DNA from: Lentisphaerota bacterium
Lineage (GTDB): Bacteria; Verrucomicrobiota; Kiritimatiellia; JAAZAB01
Direction of reading: 5' to 3'
NCBI GenBank assembly: GCA_012514555.1
Contig: JAAZAB010000165.1
Span: forward strand, 1-13,429
Length of the DNA: 13,429 nt
The translations under genes were made by a program, and so were the position numbers. Of the stretch, positions 1-7,462 are shown piece by piece. The notes beneath the pieces are model-generated. The model saw only the letters and a program-made list of their open reading frames with translations. It searched no databases and was not told the DNA's origin. How positions within the stretch are numbered: the first letter of the stretch is position 1; every line of letters begins with the position of its first letter.

Positions 1-138
1 CGCACTTGACCCTATATGGAGCAGTTCAGAGCAATCGAATATCCAATATCCAACAAGGAACTTCCAACATTCATCGGAATCCTTGGAATATTCCGTGTTG
101 GCTGTGAGGCGCTTTGGTTCAGCGGTGATGCAATCCGG

Positions 139-190
139 CTTCTGTAGCGCGCCACGGCGTGGCGCGATTTGCCGCGAACGTTCGGCGGCC
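139..190. repeat. 52-bp repeat element, copy 1, with an internal GC-rich palindrome (CGCGCCACG-G-CGTGGCGCG, 9-bp arms); the + strand RNA would read hairpin followed by AUUUG
   Basis: Positions 139-190 equal the reverse complement of 4378-4429 with 3 mismatches (49/52). The 36-bp core (139-174) is identical. The palindrome could form a stable stem-loop, so this is a REP-like or terminator-like element. Confidence 0.6.
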
Positions 191-434
191 GGGCCCATTC
201 TTCGCCGAAGCGGCTTTGAAGGGCAAGCCGTCCGTCCTCTAGGCGGACGGCCTCGGCCGCCGACGATATAGCCATGTCTCTCGCGGAAGGCGCAAAGGGA
301 TAGTTTGACTGTCCCCAGACACCATTCACTCAGGCAGAAGATAACTTGGAAATCAGGAAAGCAGGAAGGAAATTGCCCCTGCCTTCTCTCTTTTCCTGAT
401 GTTCCTGATTTCCTCATTCAACCCTTATGGACAC

Positions 435-524
435 TATCCCCTAGCTCCTATCCCCTATCCCCTAGCTCCTATCCCCTATCCCCTAGCTCCTATCCCCTAT
501 CCCCTCTATCCTATCCCCTCGTCC
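435..524. repeat. Tandem heptamer array of ~13 units (TATCCCC x9, TAGCTCC x3, plus degenerate TCTATCC / TCGTCC) with a 21-bp higher-order unit TATCCCCTATCCCCTAGCTCC (x3)
   Basis: Read directly from the sequence: the pattern is TATCCCC TAGCTCC TATCCCC TATCCCC TAGCTCC ... from 435. It continues straight into the right inverted repeat, which itself contains TGGATAT x2. Two ORF-track entries (305..571, 399..584) simply translate this repeat as PLAPIPY. Confidence 0.8.
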
Positions 525-557
525 TTGGATATTGGATATTCGATTGCTCTTTCTCGG

Positions 558-591
558 TTGACTTCCCCTGATTCCACGGCATAATGCCGTG
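558..591 (+). promoter_or_regulatory. Candidate sigma70-type promoter TTGACT(558-563)-N16-CATAAT(580-585) for the NfeD-flotillin operon, overlapped by a 17-bp perfect palindrome CACGGCAT-A-ATGCCGTG (575-591), a possible operator
   Basis: The -35 matches consensus at 5/6 and the -10 at 5/6, with 16-17 nt spacing. The palindrome arms are perfectly complementary over 8 bp. The element sits ~90 nt upstream of the 681 ATG. Confidence 0.35.
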
Positions 592-680
592 CATTGCGCT
601 TTATATTGCCCTTACGCCCGCGCGCGGATGACGCAGGATAAGGCGCAGCGCCAAGGACGGACAAAACCGGAGAAAACGCC

Positions 681-1289
681 ATGGAAACACTGGGCGCCTG
701 GTGGAACGGGCTGGGAACCGTGAACCAATGGTTTTACGGCGTGGCCTTCTTTTTCGGCGCGATCTTTCTGTGGCAGATGATCATGTCATTCATCGGCCTG
801 GAACATGACGTGGGGCTTGACACCCAGGTCGAGCCCGACTCAGTTCACGATACGCCGGACGACGCCACCCAGACCCTGGCGGCTTTCAAATTAATCAGCA
901 TCCGCTCAATCCTGGCCTTTCTGACGCTCTTCTCCTGGGGCGGCGCATTGTACCTCAATCAAGGCCTGCCCATGGGCCGCGCCCTGGGCTACTCCATTCT
1001 GTGGGGCCTGGCAGCCATGCTGGCGGTTTCTTTTATCTTCAGCCTGATGGGCAGAATGACGGAGTCCGGAAACATAAAAATCGGCTCTTGCCTGGGCGTC
1101 AACACCACTGTTTATCTCGACATTCCAGCCGGAGGCGTGGGAGAAATACGCGTCCCTTGCAGCGGAGTCATGACCCACATCAAGGCGCGCTCCGCAAAAG
1201 GCGACGCCATAAAGGCAGGCACGCCCGTCAAGGTTGTGCGCCTGGTGGAATCCAACACCGTTGAAGTCGAAACTGTCGAAGCCGGATAG
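681..1289 (+). CDS. NfeD-like membrane protein (YuaF/YqiJ family): N-terminal transmembrane helices plus a C-terminal OB-fold beta-barrel, the usual partner of flotillin/SPFH proteins
   Basis: 202 aa. There are hydrophobic helices (GVAFFFGAIFLWQMIMSFIGL, ILAFLTLFSWGGALYL, ILWGLAAMLAVSFIFSLMG) and then a soluble C-terminus (VYLDIPAGGVGEIRVPCSGVMTHIKARSAKGDAIKAGTPVKVVRLVESNTVEV) typical of the NfeD short form. A GGAGA RBS lies 7 nt before the ATG, and the gene sits immediately upstream of a flotillin gene. Confidence 0.75.
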   Translation: METLGAWWNGLGTVNQWFYGVAFFFGAIFLWQMIMSFIGLEHDVGLDTQVEPDSVHDTPDDATQTLAAFKLISIRSILAFLTLFSWGGALYLNQGLPMGRALGYSILWGLAAMLAVSFIFSLMGRMTESGNIKIGSCLGVNTTVYLDIPAGGVGEIRVPCSGVMTHIKARSAKGDAIKAGTPVKVVRLVESNTVEVETVEAG

Positions 1290-1345
1290 CAACGCAGCCA
1301 GCCGCCGGGCAGGCTGAACGCGAATTACGAAGAAAGGAACGCGAT

Positions 1346-2920
1346 ATGAGCGAAATGCTTTTGACCAGCCTTTGGATGATCGGACAGGTTCAGCCGGATG
1401 GGAATCCCGCGCCATTCCTGGTCTTTTTCCTGCTGTTGTTCCTCATAGTCATGCTGATGACTTTCGTGCGCCGCTACAAGCGCTGCCCAGCGAACAAGAT
1501 ACTGGTAATATACGGCAAGACCGGCAGCGGCGCGGCCAAGTGCATTCACGGCGGCGCCAAGTTCGTCTGGCCCCTGCTTCAGGCGTACGATTTCCTGGAC
1601 CTCGAGCCGTTCGTGGTGCCCATAGATTTGTCCAACGCGCTTTCGCAGGAAAACATCCGCGTGAGCGTTCCCACCTCGGTCACCGCCGCCATATCCAACC
1701 AGCCGGGGATCATGGAAAACGCGGCCGTCCGCCTGCTCGGGCTTACGACCCAGCAGATACAGACCCAGGCCCAGGACATCATCATCGGCCAGATGCGCGC
1801 GGTCATAGCCACCATGCGCATCGAGGACATCAACCGCGACCGCCAGGCCTTCATGAGCAAGGTCAACGAAGCCGTGGCCGTCGAGCTGGAAAAGATCGGA
1901 CTCTCCCTCATCAACGTGAACATCCGCGACCTTGACGACGAGTCCGGCTACATCAAGGCCATAGGCCGCAAGGCTGCGGCCGAGGCGGTCAACCAGGCCA
2001 ACGTGGACGTTGCCGAGCAGGAAAAGACGGGACAGACCGGCGTTGCGGAACGCCAGCGCGACCAGCGCGTTGCCGTTGCGGCCGCCACGGCGGACGCCCA
2101 GATCGGGGAATGGGAAGCCGAAAAGCGCAGGCGCCAGCAAGTTGCCGCGGCCCAGGCCCAGGCCGAGATCGGGGAAGCCGCGGCCGACCGTGAAAAACGC
2201 CAGAACATAGCCCGCCTCGACGCGGAAGCCGTCCATGCCGAGACCGACGCCAACGCGCAGAAGGCCCGGTTCCGCGCCGACCAAAAGGTTGCCGAAGAGG
2301 AATCGCGCAACAAGGGCGATTCCGCGTCGCGCGAAGCGGACGGCGCAATCCGCGTGGCCCAGGAGACAGCCGAGAAGAAGGCTGAAGACGCCCGCGCAAT
2401 CCGCGAGCAGTCCCGGCTCAACGCCGAGATCGTAGTGCCGGCTGAAGCGCAGCGGAAAAAGATAGTGATCGGCGCGGAGGCCGAGAAGCAGCAGGCCGTG
2501 CTCGTGGCCCAGGGCCAGGCCGACGCCATGCTCGCCAGGATGACGGCCGAGGGGCGTGGCGTCCAGGCAGTGCTTGACGGCAAGGCCCAGGGCTACCGGA
2601 ACCTCGTGGCGTCAGCCGGCGATCCCCAGGTTGCGACCTCGCTGCTCATCATTGAGAAGCTCCTGGAAATATCGCACGTCCAGGCCCAGGCCATCCAGAA
2701 CCTGCCGCTCGAAAAGATAGTTGTCTGGGACGGCGGCGGAACGGGCGCCGGCGGCGTGGCGGAGCTCGGCAGGAGAATCATGGGCGTGCTCCCGCCAATG
2801 CACGAGCTGGCGCGCCAGGTCGGCCTTGATTTGCCCGAATTCCTCGGCAAGATCAATGCCGCCGCAAAGGCGGAGGCGGCAAAAACGCCGCCTGAATCCG
2901 ACACAGGGGCCAAGTCCTGA
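1346..2920 (+). CDS. Flotillin-like SPFH/band-7 protein (FloT/YqiK family) with a long Ala/Glu/Gln-rich coiled-coil region
   Basis: 524 aa. It has an N-terminal TM segment (PFLVFFLLLFLIVMLMTF) and an SPFH core (KILVIYGKTGSGAAKCIHGGAKFVWPLLQAYDFLDLEP...ENIRVSV...IIGQMRAVIATMRIEDINRDRQAF). An extended AEAEKRRRQQVAAAQAQAEIGEAAADREKRQ-type EA-repeat coiled coil follows. A GAAAGGAA RBS precedes the ATG. Confidence 0.85.
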   Translation: MSEMLLTSLWMIGQVQPDGNPAPFLVFFLLLFLIVMLMTFVRRYKRCPANKILVIYGKTGSGAAKCIHGGAKFVWPLLQAYDFLDLEPFVVPIDLSNALSQENIRVSVPTSVTAAISNQPGIMENAAVRLLGLTTQQIQTQAQDIIIGQMRAVIATMRIEDINRDRQAFMSKVNEAVAVELEKIGLSLINVNIRDLDDESGYIKAIGRKAAAEAVNQANVDVAEQEKTGQTGVAERQRDQRVAVAAATADAQIGEWEAEKRRRQQVAAAQAQAEIGEAAADREKRQNIARLDAEAVHAETDANAQKARFRADQKVAEEESRNKGDSASREADGAIRVAQETAEKKAEDARAIREQSRLNAEIVVPAEAQRKKIVIGAEAEKQQAVLVAQGQADAMLARMTAEGRGVQAVLDGKAQGYRNLVASAGDPQVATSLLIIEKLLEISHVQAQAIQNLPLEKIVVWDGGGTGAGGVAELGRRIMGVLPPMHELARQVGLDLPEFLGKINAAAKAEAAKTPPESDTGAKS

Positions 2921-3072
2921 TGCGGTTCAACCCAGATTAGCGTTTGAAAAATGAACTATACTTACTACGGGCTGGGAGTATGTCAATACGCCTTCACCCG
3001 CTGCGCCTTGCATCTGCCGCACTCTGACCAATCGCAAAATCCGGGTTCCAAGGCCGCGGACGGCAGGCCCGA

Positions 3073-4317
3073 ATGAAGATACGCATCCTGTTCCGGTCGC
3101 TGGAGAACCGGAACTTCAGGCTTTTTTACGCCGGCCAGGGCATTTCGCTCATCGGCACCTGGATGCAGATGACGGCGGTCGCGTGGCTCGTTTGGCGAAT
3201 GAGCCACAACGCCATGCTGCTGGGCCTTGTCGGGTTCGCCTCGCGGATACCCACTTTCGTGCTTGCGCCTTTTGCCGGCGTCCTGATCGACCGCATGGAC
3301 CGGCGCCGGCTCGTCATGGCGACGCAGGCGGTGGCGATGCTCCAGGCGCTGGCGCTGGCCGGCCTGATGTTTTCCGGGTTCCTCGAGGTCTGGCATATCA
3401 TCGCGCTTTCGCTCCTGCTCGGGTTCATCAACTCTTTCGACGTGCCGGCGCGCCAGTCGTTCTTCATCCAGATGCTCGATCGGCGCGAGGATATCACGAA
3501 CGCCATTGCCCTCAACTCCACCATGGTCAACGGCGCACGGCTGATCGGCCCCTCGATTGCTGGGATCCTGATAGCGGCCTTCGGCGAAGCCGTATGTTTC
3601 CTGCTCAACGGCTTAAGCTACATCGCCGTCATTGCCGGGCTGATGATGATGCGCGTCCGTTCCAATCCGCGTCCGGCGCTGAAGACCGCGGCGCTGGACA
3701 ACCTCATCGAGGGCTTTCGCTACACCTTCGGCTTTCCGCCGATCCGCGCGCTGCTGCTCCTGGTGGCGCTGGTCAGCCTGGCGGGCGCGTCATACACGCA
3801 GCTCCTGCCCATATTCGCGCAGCAGGTCCTGCGCGGCGACGCGCGCACGCAAGGGTTCCTGGTTTCCGCGGCCGCGGTCGGCGCGCTCGGCGGGGCGCTA
3901 TACCTGGCCTCGCGCAGCAGCACGCGCGGGCTCGGGCGGCTCATAGCCATTGCGCCCACTGTTTTCGGCGCCGGCCTGATCGCCATGGGATTGTCGCAGC
4001 GGCTCTGGCTGACGCTGATGATTATGCCGGTCGTCGGGCTCGGGCTGATGGTGCAGATGGCTTCGACAAACACCATGCTGCAGACGATCGTCGAGGACGA
4101 CAAGCGCGGGCGGGTGATGAGCTTCTACTCGATGGCTTTCATGGGAATGGTTCCGCTCGGCAGCCTGGGCTCCGGCATCCTGGCGCGATTCATCGGAGCG
4201 CCATGGGTGGTGATTCTCGGCGGCGCCTGCTGCATCGCGGCATCGGCCGTCTTCGTCCAAAGGCTGCCGGCCCTGCGCATCCTGGTCCACCCTGTTATGC
4301 CGGCGGATGCACAATGA
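3073..4317 (+). CDS. MFS transporter, DHA3/EntS-like (enterobactin-exporter family), ~12 TM helices
   Basis: 414 aa. The N-terminus (FRLFYAGQGISLIGTWMQMTAVAWLV) and motifs (LLGLVGFASRIPTFVLAPFAGVLIDRMDRRR, NGLSYIAVIAG) are characteristic of the MFS_3/EntS family. Hydrophobicity is consistent with 12 TM helices. Confidence 0.85.
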   Translation: MKIRILFRSLENRNFRLFYAGQGISLIGTWMQMTAVAWLVWRMSHNAMLLGLVGFASRIPTFVLAPFAGVLIDRMDRRRLVMATQAVAMLQALALAGLMFSGFLEVWHIIALSLLLGFINSFDVPARQSFFIQMLDRREDITNAIALNSTMVNGARLIGPSIAGILIAAFGEAVCFLLNGLSYIAVIAGLMMMRVRSNPRPALKTAALDNLIEGFRYTFGFPPIRALLLLVALVSLAGASYTQLLPIFAQQVLRGDARTQGFLVSAAAVGALGGALYLASRSSTRGLGRLIAIAPTVFGAGLIAMGLSQRLWLTLMIMPVVGLGLMVQMASTNTMLQTIVEDDKRGRVMSFYSMAFMGMVPLGSLGSGILARFIGAPWVVILGGACCIAASAVFVQRLPALRILVHPVMPADAQ

Positions 4318-4377
4318 CGCTCTCCCCCAGCCTGTGCCGCCATCCAACCCGTCAAAACAAGGAGGGCGCACGGCCTC

Positions 4378-4429
4378 GGCCGCCGGACATGCGCGGCAAA
4401 TCGCGCCACGCCGTGGCGCGCTACAGAAG
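4378..4429. terminator. 52-bp repeat element, copy 2 (inverted relative to copy 1), between the convergent MFS and tad-like operon 3' ends; the - strand RNA would read GC-rich hairpin + AUUUG, a likely bidirectional or operon terminator
   Basis: The 36-bp core CGGCAAATCGCGCCACGCCGTGGCGCGCTACAGAAG (4394-4429) is the reverse complement of 139-174. The palindrome CGCGCCACG-C-CGTGGCGCG lies at 4403-4421. It sits in the 135-bp gap between the MFS stop (4317) and the ATPase stop (4453). Confidence 0.5.
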
Positions 4430-4452
4430 GCAAGGCGGGCGCGCATCCGGCT

Positions 4453-5541
4453 TCAGGCGCGCTCATCGGCCCATGGCTCGGGCAGGTTGAGGCGCCTGGC
4501 CTCTTCGGCGAAGCGCGGCGTTGCGCCGGTGAAAACGTGATGCCCGGCCACCTTTCCATCGGGCGCGAGGCCTTCGGGCCTGAAGACATAAATATCCTGC
4601 ATTTTATAGACGCCCTCCTCGAGCCCGAGGACCTCGGAAATATGCGTTATTTTGCGGGAGCCGTCGGAGAGGCGGGCGGTCTGGATAATCACGCCGATCG
4701 CGCCTGCGACCATGGCGCGGACAGCCGGCATGGGGATGTCAATCCCGCTCAGGAGCGTGCAGGTTTCGAGGCGCGAGAGCGTGTCCAGGGGCGTGTTCGC
4801 ATGAATGGTGGACATGCTCCCGGCATGGCCAGTGTTGAGCGCCTCGAGCAGGTCCAGAGCCTCTCCGCCCCGCACCTCGCCGATCACCAGCCGGTCCGGG
4901 CGCAGGCGCAGGGCCGCTATGAGCAGGTCGCGTATCGTGACCTCGCCCTTGCCGTCCTTGTCGGGCTTTCGCGTCTCGAAGCGCACGGTGTGCGGCTGCT
5001 GGAGTTGAAGTTCGCTGGCGTCCTCGATAACCAGGATGCGTTCGCCCGGGTCTATGATGCCGCTGAGCACGTTCAGGACCGAGGTTTTTCCCGACGAGGT
5101 GGCGCCGGAAACGACAAGGTTCTTGTGGAGCCGGACGATGGTCTCGATCAGGCGCACACCGCCTTCCGAAATGCTGCCGAACCTGACAAGCTCGGCAGGC
5201 GTCAGCTTCTCCTTTCTGAACTTGCGTATGGAAACCACCGTTCCGGTCCGAGACAGCGGGGGTATGACGGCCTCGAGGCGGGAGCCGTCCGGCAGGCGCG
5301 CTTCGAGAATGGGGTTTTCCTCGCCGAGCATGCGGCCGACGCTCCGGGCAACGTTCATGGCGGCCGCTCGCAGCGCGTTCTCGCTGCAGAAGCAGGCATT
5401 GGTGCTCTCGATCCGGCCCCGCCGCTCCACGTAGATTCGGTCCGGGCCATTGATCATTATTTCCGAGACATCAGGATCGTCAAGGAACGGCGCAATCGGC
5501 TCGAAGAAAAGATACAGGAATGCATTCGGATCGGTTGGCAT
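4453..5541 (-). CDS. Short CpaF/TadA/VirB11-family secretion ATPase (N2 + C-terminal ATPase domains only, no N-terminal extension); the second ATPase of the operon
   Basis: 362 aa. Walker A is GATSSGKTS, the Asp box/Walker B are [12 protein letters not shown] and [13 protein letters not shown], and the His box is [13 protein letters not shown]. The N-terminal [22 protein letters not shown] is the typical start of the CpaF N2 domain. An AGGGGA RBS lies 8 nt upstream, and only 10 nt separate it from the upstream gene stop. Confidence 0.85.
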   Translation of the reverse strand: MPTDPNAFLYLFFEPIAPFLDDPDVSEIMINGPDRIYVERRGRIESTNACFCSENALRAAAMNVARSVGRMLGEENPILEARLPDGSRLEAVIPPLSRTGTVVSIRKFRKEKLTPAELVRFGSISEGGVRLIETIVRLHKNLVVSGATSSGKTSVLNVLSGIIDPGERILVIEDASELQLQQPHTVRFETRKPDKDGKGEVTIRDLLIAALRLRPDRLVIGEVRGGEALDLLEALNTGHAGSMSTIHANTPLDTLSRLETCTLLSGIDIPMPAVRAMVAGAIGVIIQTARLSDGSRKITHISEVLGLEEGVYKMQDIYVFRPEGLAPDGKVAGHHVFTGATPRFAEEARRLNLPEPWADERA

Positions 5542-5551
5542 CGAGTTTCCC

Positions 5552-7444
5552 CTATTTGCTCAAAAACGGCTTTTCACGGCTTGGAATGACTTCCTCGCCG
5601 CCGGCCGGAAAACTGCCCTTGCCCCGGCCGCCCGCCTGTTCGGACGGCTGCGCAGGGGCAGCCGCCCGGCCCGGGGCTGATTCTCCGCCTTTGGGCGCCT
5701 GGTCCTTGGCCGCCGGAGCCGCCGGAGCGGGCTGCGCCGGGAGAATGGAAGCGCCGCTTTTGAGACGCCGGTCGATCACGGCCCGGGCGTCCTGTTCGGC
5801 AGGCAGGAGCGCGCGCAGTTCCTTGAGGCGTTTCCGGGCCATGGCGGCATACTGGTCCGAGGATGAGGCCACATCGAGAATCTGCATGTAAAGGGCGGCC
5901 GCGTCGCGAACGGAGCCGCGCGACTCGAGCACATAGGCTTTGTTGAAGGCTGTCCCGGTAAAAGCGGCGATGTCCATGCGCAGCCGCGCAAACTCGGCAT
6001 CATGCCCGGGTGACCCGGCGGCAAAGCCGGCGATCAGGAGACTTTTCAGCGCTCGGCTGTTCAGCCTGGCCGCCTCGTAGAGCTCGCCGCGCGCCTTGGC
6101 CGCGGCGGCGTCCGCCATCGCTTTCCGGCCATCCTGCTCGTATTCCTCACGGCCGGGGCCCAGGCGCTTGCGAAGATCGTCCATTCTGGCCAACGCGATC
6201 GTCCTGGCGCCGGGATAGTTCCGGAACGCCGGAGAATCCAGGAGAGCGGTCCCGGCCTCGATGGCCGCGACGTCATTGCTTTGCGCCAGAAGCGCGTCCA
6301 GCGCGGCAGCCTGGGCCAGTAGATTCCCGCGGGCGGCGAGGTCGGCTTTCTGGGAGAAGGACAAGCCGGCCTGCGCCGCCAGGCCAGAGCACACGGACTG
6401 CGCGTCCGGTATCCGCCAGGCATTGAACATGTCATCGGCCTGCTTGAACTGGCCGGCAAGCTCAATCTGGCGCCCGGCCAGGCTGACCAGGTCCTGGCGC
6501 TTGTACTCGTTCAACACCTTCGCGCCGTCAAGAACGGAGAGAACGTCGGCATATCGGGCCTGTTGAAGAAATGCGGCGGCCTTTTCGCAGGCCTCCTCGC
6601 CGCGGAGGTAGGCTTCGAATTCCGACACCTGGCCGTCCGCGGGCGACATTGTCTTCATGCGCTCCAGCGCGCGCCGGGCGCGGGGGATGTCGCCGCTGTC
6701 AATGCACTCCATGCCTTCGGCAAAAGCCTCCTGCATGTGCGCGCCCCGGATTGCGCGCAGGAGGCCGAGCGCCTGAGTATTGCGCGGGTCCAGCGCGACC
6801 GACTCGTTCAACAGGGCCGCGGCCGCCAGGTAATCGTTGCTTGCATAAAGCGCATACTGCCCCTGCTGCATCAGCTGCGCGGCGCGGCGATAGATGTCGG
6901 CCCTGCCATTCAGGGCGGACCCCTCGCCGGGGCCGGGGCCGGCCGGGGCGTTGGACTCCGCGTTAAGCGCCGGAGCAGGCCCGGCCGCCGGGCTGTCGTC
7001 CGCCTGCGGCCGGGCTCTCTTCAACATCCAAGCGGCCAGGGTCGCCAGGCACAGGACAAGGAGAACGGCAACGAGCATCTTGTTCCTGGATCCGGGCGCG
7101 GCCGCGCCGACCGCTCCCTCGTGCGCCGGCACGATGAAGTTGAAATCTCCCAGCGCGACCTGTTTTCCGGGCCGGAGATTCGCTTCGCGCCGGGCAAGCC
7201 GGCGCCCATCCACCTGCACGCCGTTCACGCTGCCAAGGTCGCGGATGTAAAGGCCCCGGGGCGTGAGCGCAAGCTCGGCGTGCCTTGGCGCAAGCGAAGG
7301 GGAATCCAGGCAAAAGTCGCAGAGCGCATCGCGGCCGAGAACGCGCGGCTTGCCGCCGAGAGGCAACTCCAACTCAAGGACGTCGGAGCCGTCGCGGCGC
7401 TTCAGCGCAATTTTCAGGGAAGGCACAAGGTTTTCTTCATTCAC
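5552..7444 (-). CDS. Bitopic membrane protein: N-terminal cytoplasmic FHA domain, single TM helix, large periplasmic Ala-rich TPR-like repeat domain
   Basis: 630 aa. The FHA signature is RVLGRDALCDFCLDSPSLAPRHAELALTPRGLYIRDLGSVNGVQVDGRRLARREANLRPGKQVALGDFNF (the GR...SR-H...S-NG...GD pattern). The TM helix is MLVAVLLVLCLATLAAWML. The C-terminal ~480 aa are helical and Ala/Leu-rich with TPR-like periodicity (AAALLNESVALDPRNTQALGLLRAI..., AAFLQQARYADVLSVL...). A GGAG RBS is present. Confidence 0.7.
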   Translation of the reverse strand: MNEENLVPSLKIALKRRDGSDVLELELPLGGKPRVLGRDALCDFCLDSPSLAPRHAELALTPRGLYIRDLGSVNGVQVDGRRLARREANLRPGKQVALGDFNFIVPAHEGAVGAAAPGSRNKMLVAVLLVLCLATLAAWMLKRARPQADDSPAAGPAPALNAESNAPAGPGPGEGSALNGRADIYRRAAQLMQQGQYALYASNDYLAAAALLNESVALDPRNTQALGLLRAIRGAHMQEAFAEGMECIDSGDIPRARRALERMKTMSPADGQVSEFEAYLRGEEACEKAAAFLQQARYADVLSVLDGAKVLNEYKRQDLVSLAGRQIELAGQFKQADDMFNAWRIPDAQSVCSGLAAQAGLSFSQKADLAARGNLLAQAAALDALLAQSNDVAAIEAGTALLDSPAFRNYPGARTIALARMDDLRKRLGPGREEYEQDGRKAMADAAAAKARGELYEAARLNSRALKSLLIAGFAAGSPGHDAEFARLRMDIAAFTGTAFNKAYVLESRGSVRDAAALYMQILDVASSSDQYAAMARKRLKELRALLPAEQDARAVIDRRLKSGASILPAQPAPAAPAAKDQAPKGGESAPGRAAAPAQPSEQAGGRGKGSFPAGGEEVIPSREKPFLSK

Positions 7445-7462
7445 AGGTTCGGCTCCGCTCGA

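Larger units (their letters stand above)
28..550. repeat. ~520-bp low-GC non-coding segment bounded by perfect 26-bp inverted repeats (28-53 AGAGCAATCGAATATCCAATATCCAA; 525-550 is its exact reverse complement); MITE-like or regulatory cassette
   Basis: I reverse-complemented 525-550 by hand and it matches 28-53 at 26/26 positions. The interior (54-524) has no convincing ORF and is ~45-50% GC, against ~65% in flanking genes. It contains a heptamer array and a palindromic repeat. Confidence 0.5.

Noticed and set aside
76-96. Short palindrome GGAATATTCC (85-94) and repeated GGAA/TTCC motifs near the window start
   Set aside because: Ten-bp palindromes in AT-richer DNA arise by chance, and without the upstream context nothing more can be said.
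12-329. 105-aa - ORF and 83..271 + ORF in the 5' non-coding region
   Set aside because: They span the palindromic repeat and the inverted-repeat element, have no RBS and no recognisable fold. The GKSRHAVARYRS peptide is simply the repeat translated.
305-584. ORFs 305..571 and 399..584 encoding PLAPIPY / PLSPSSY repeat peptides
   Set aside because: They are translations of the heptamer tandem array, with no start-codon context or RBS. I treat them as repeat DNA, not a gene, though I cannot rule out a small repeat protein.
906-2583. Long antisense ORFs (906..1415-, 1325..2284-, 1948..2583-, 1372..1935+, 1001..1264+) overlapping the NfeD and flotillin genes
   Set aside because: Their Arg/Ala/Pro/Gly-rich, low-complexity translations are typical of off-frame reading of GC-rich coding DNA. 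They have no RBS, and the sense-strand genes have clear family signatures.
2921-3072. Possible promoter (TTGAAA / TATACT) for the MFS gene in the lower-GC intergenic stretch
   Set aside because: The hexamer spacing does not fit (about 7 nt, or else a poor -35). The MFS gene may instead be co-transcribed with flotillin or use a non-sigma70 promoter. The support is too weak to call.
3183-4490. 435-aa + strand ORF in an alternative frame over the MFS gene, plus antisense ORFs 3126..3608- and 3898..4446-
   Set aside because: The composition is extremely Arg/Ala/Gly/Pro-rich and it overlaps a well-supported MFS transporter. Its C-terminus merely reads through the palindromic repeat (GKSRHAVARYR, the same peptide as spurious ORF 12..329 over copy 1).
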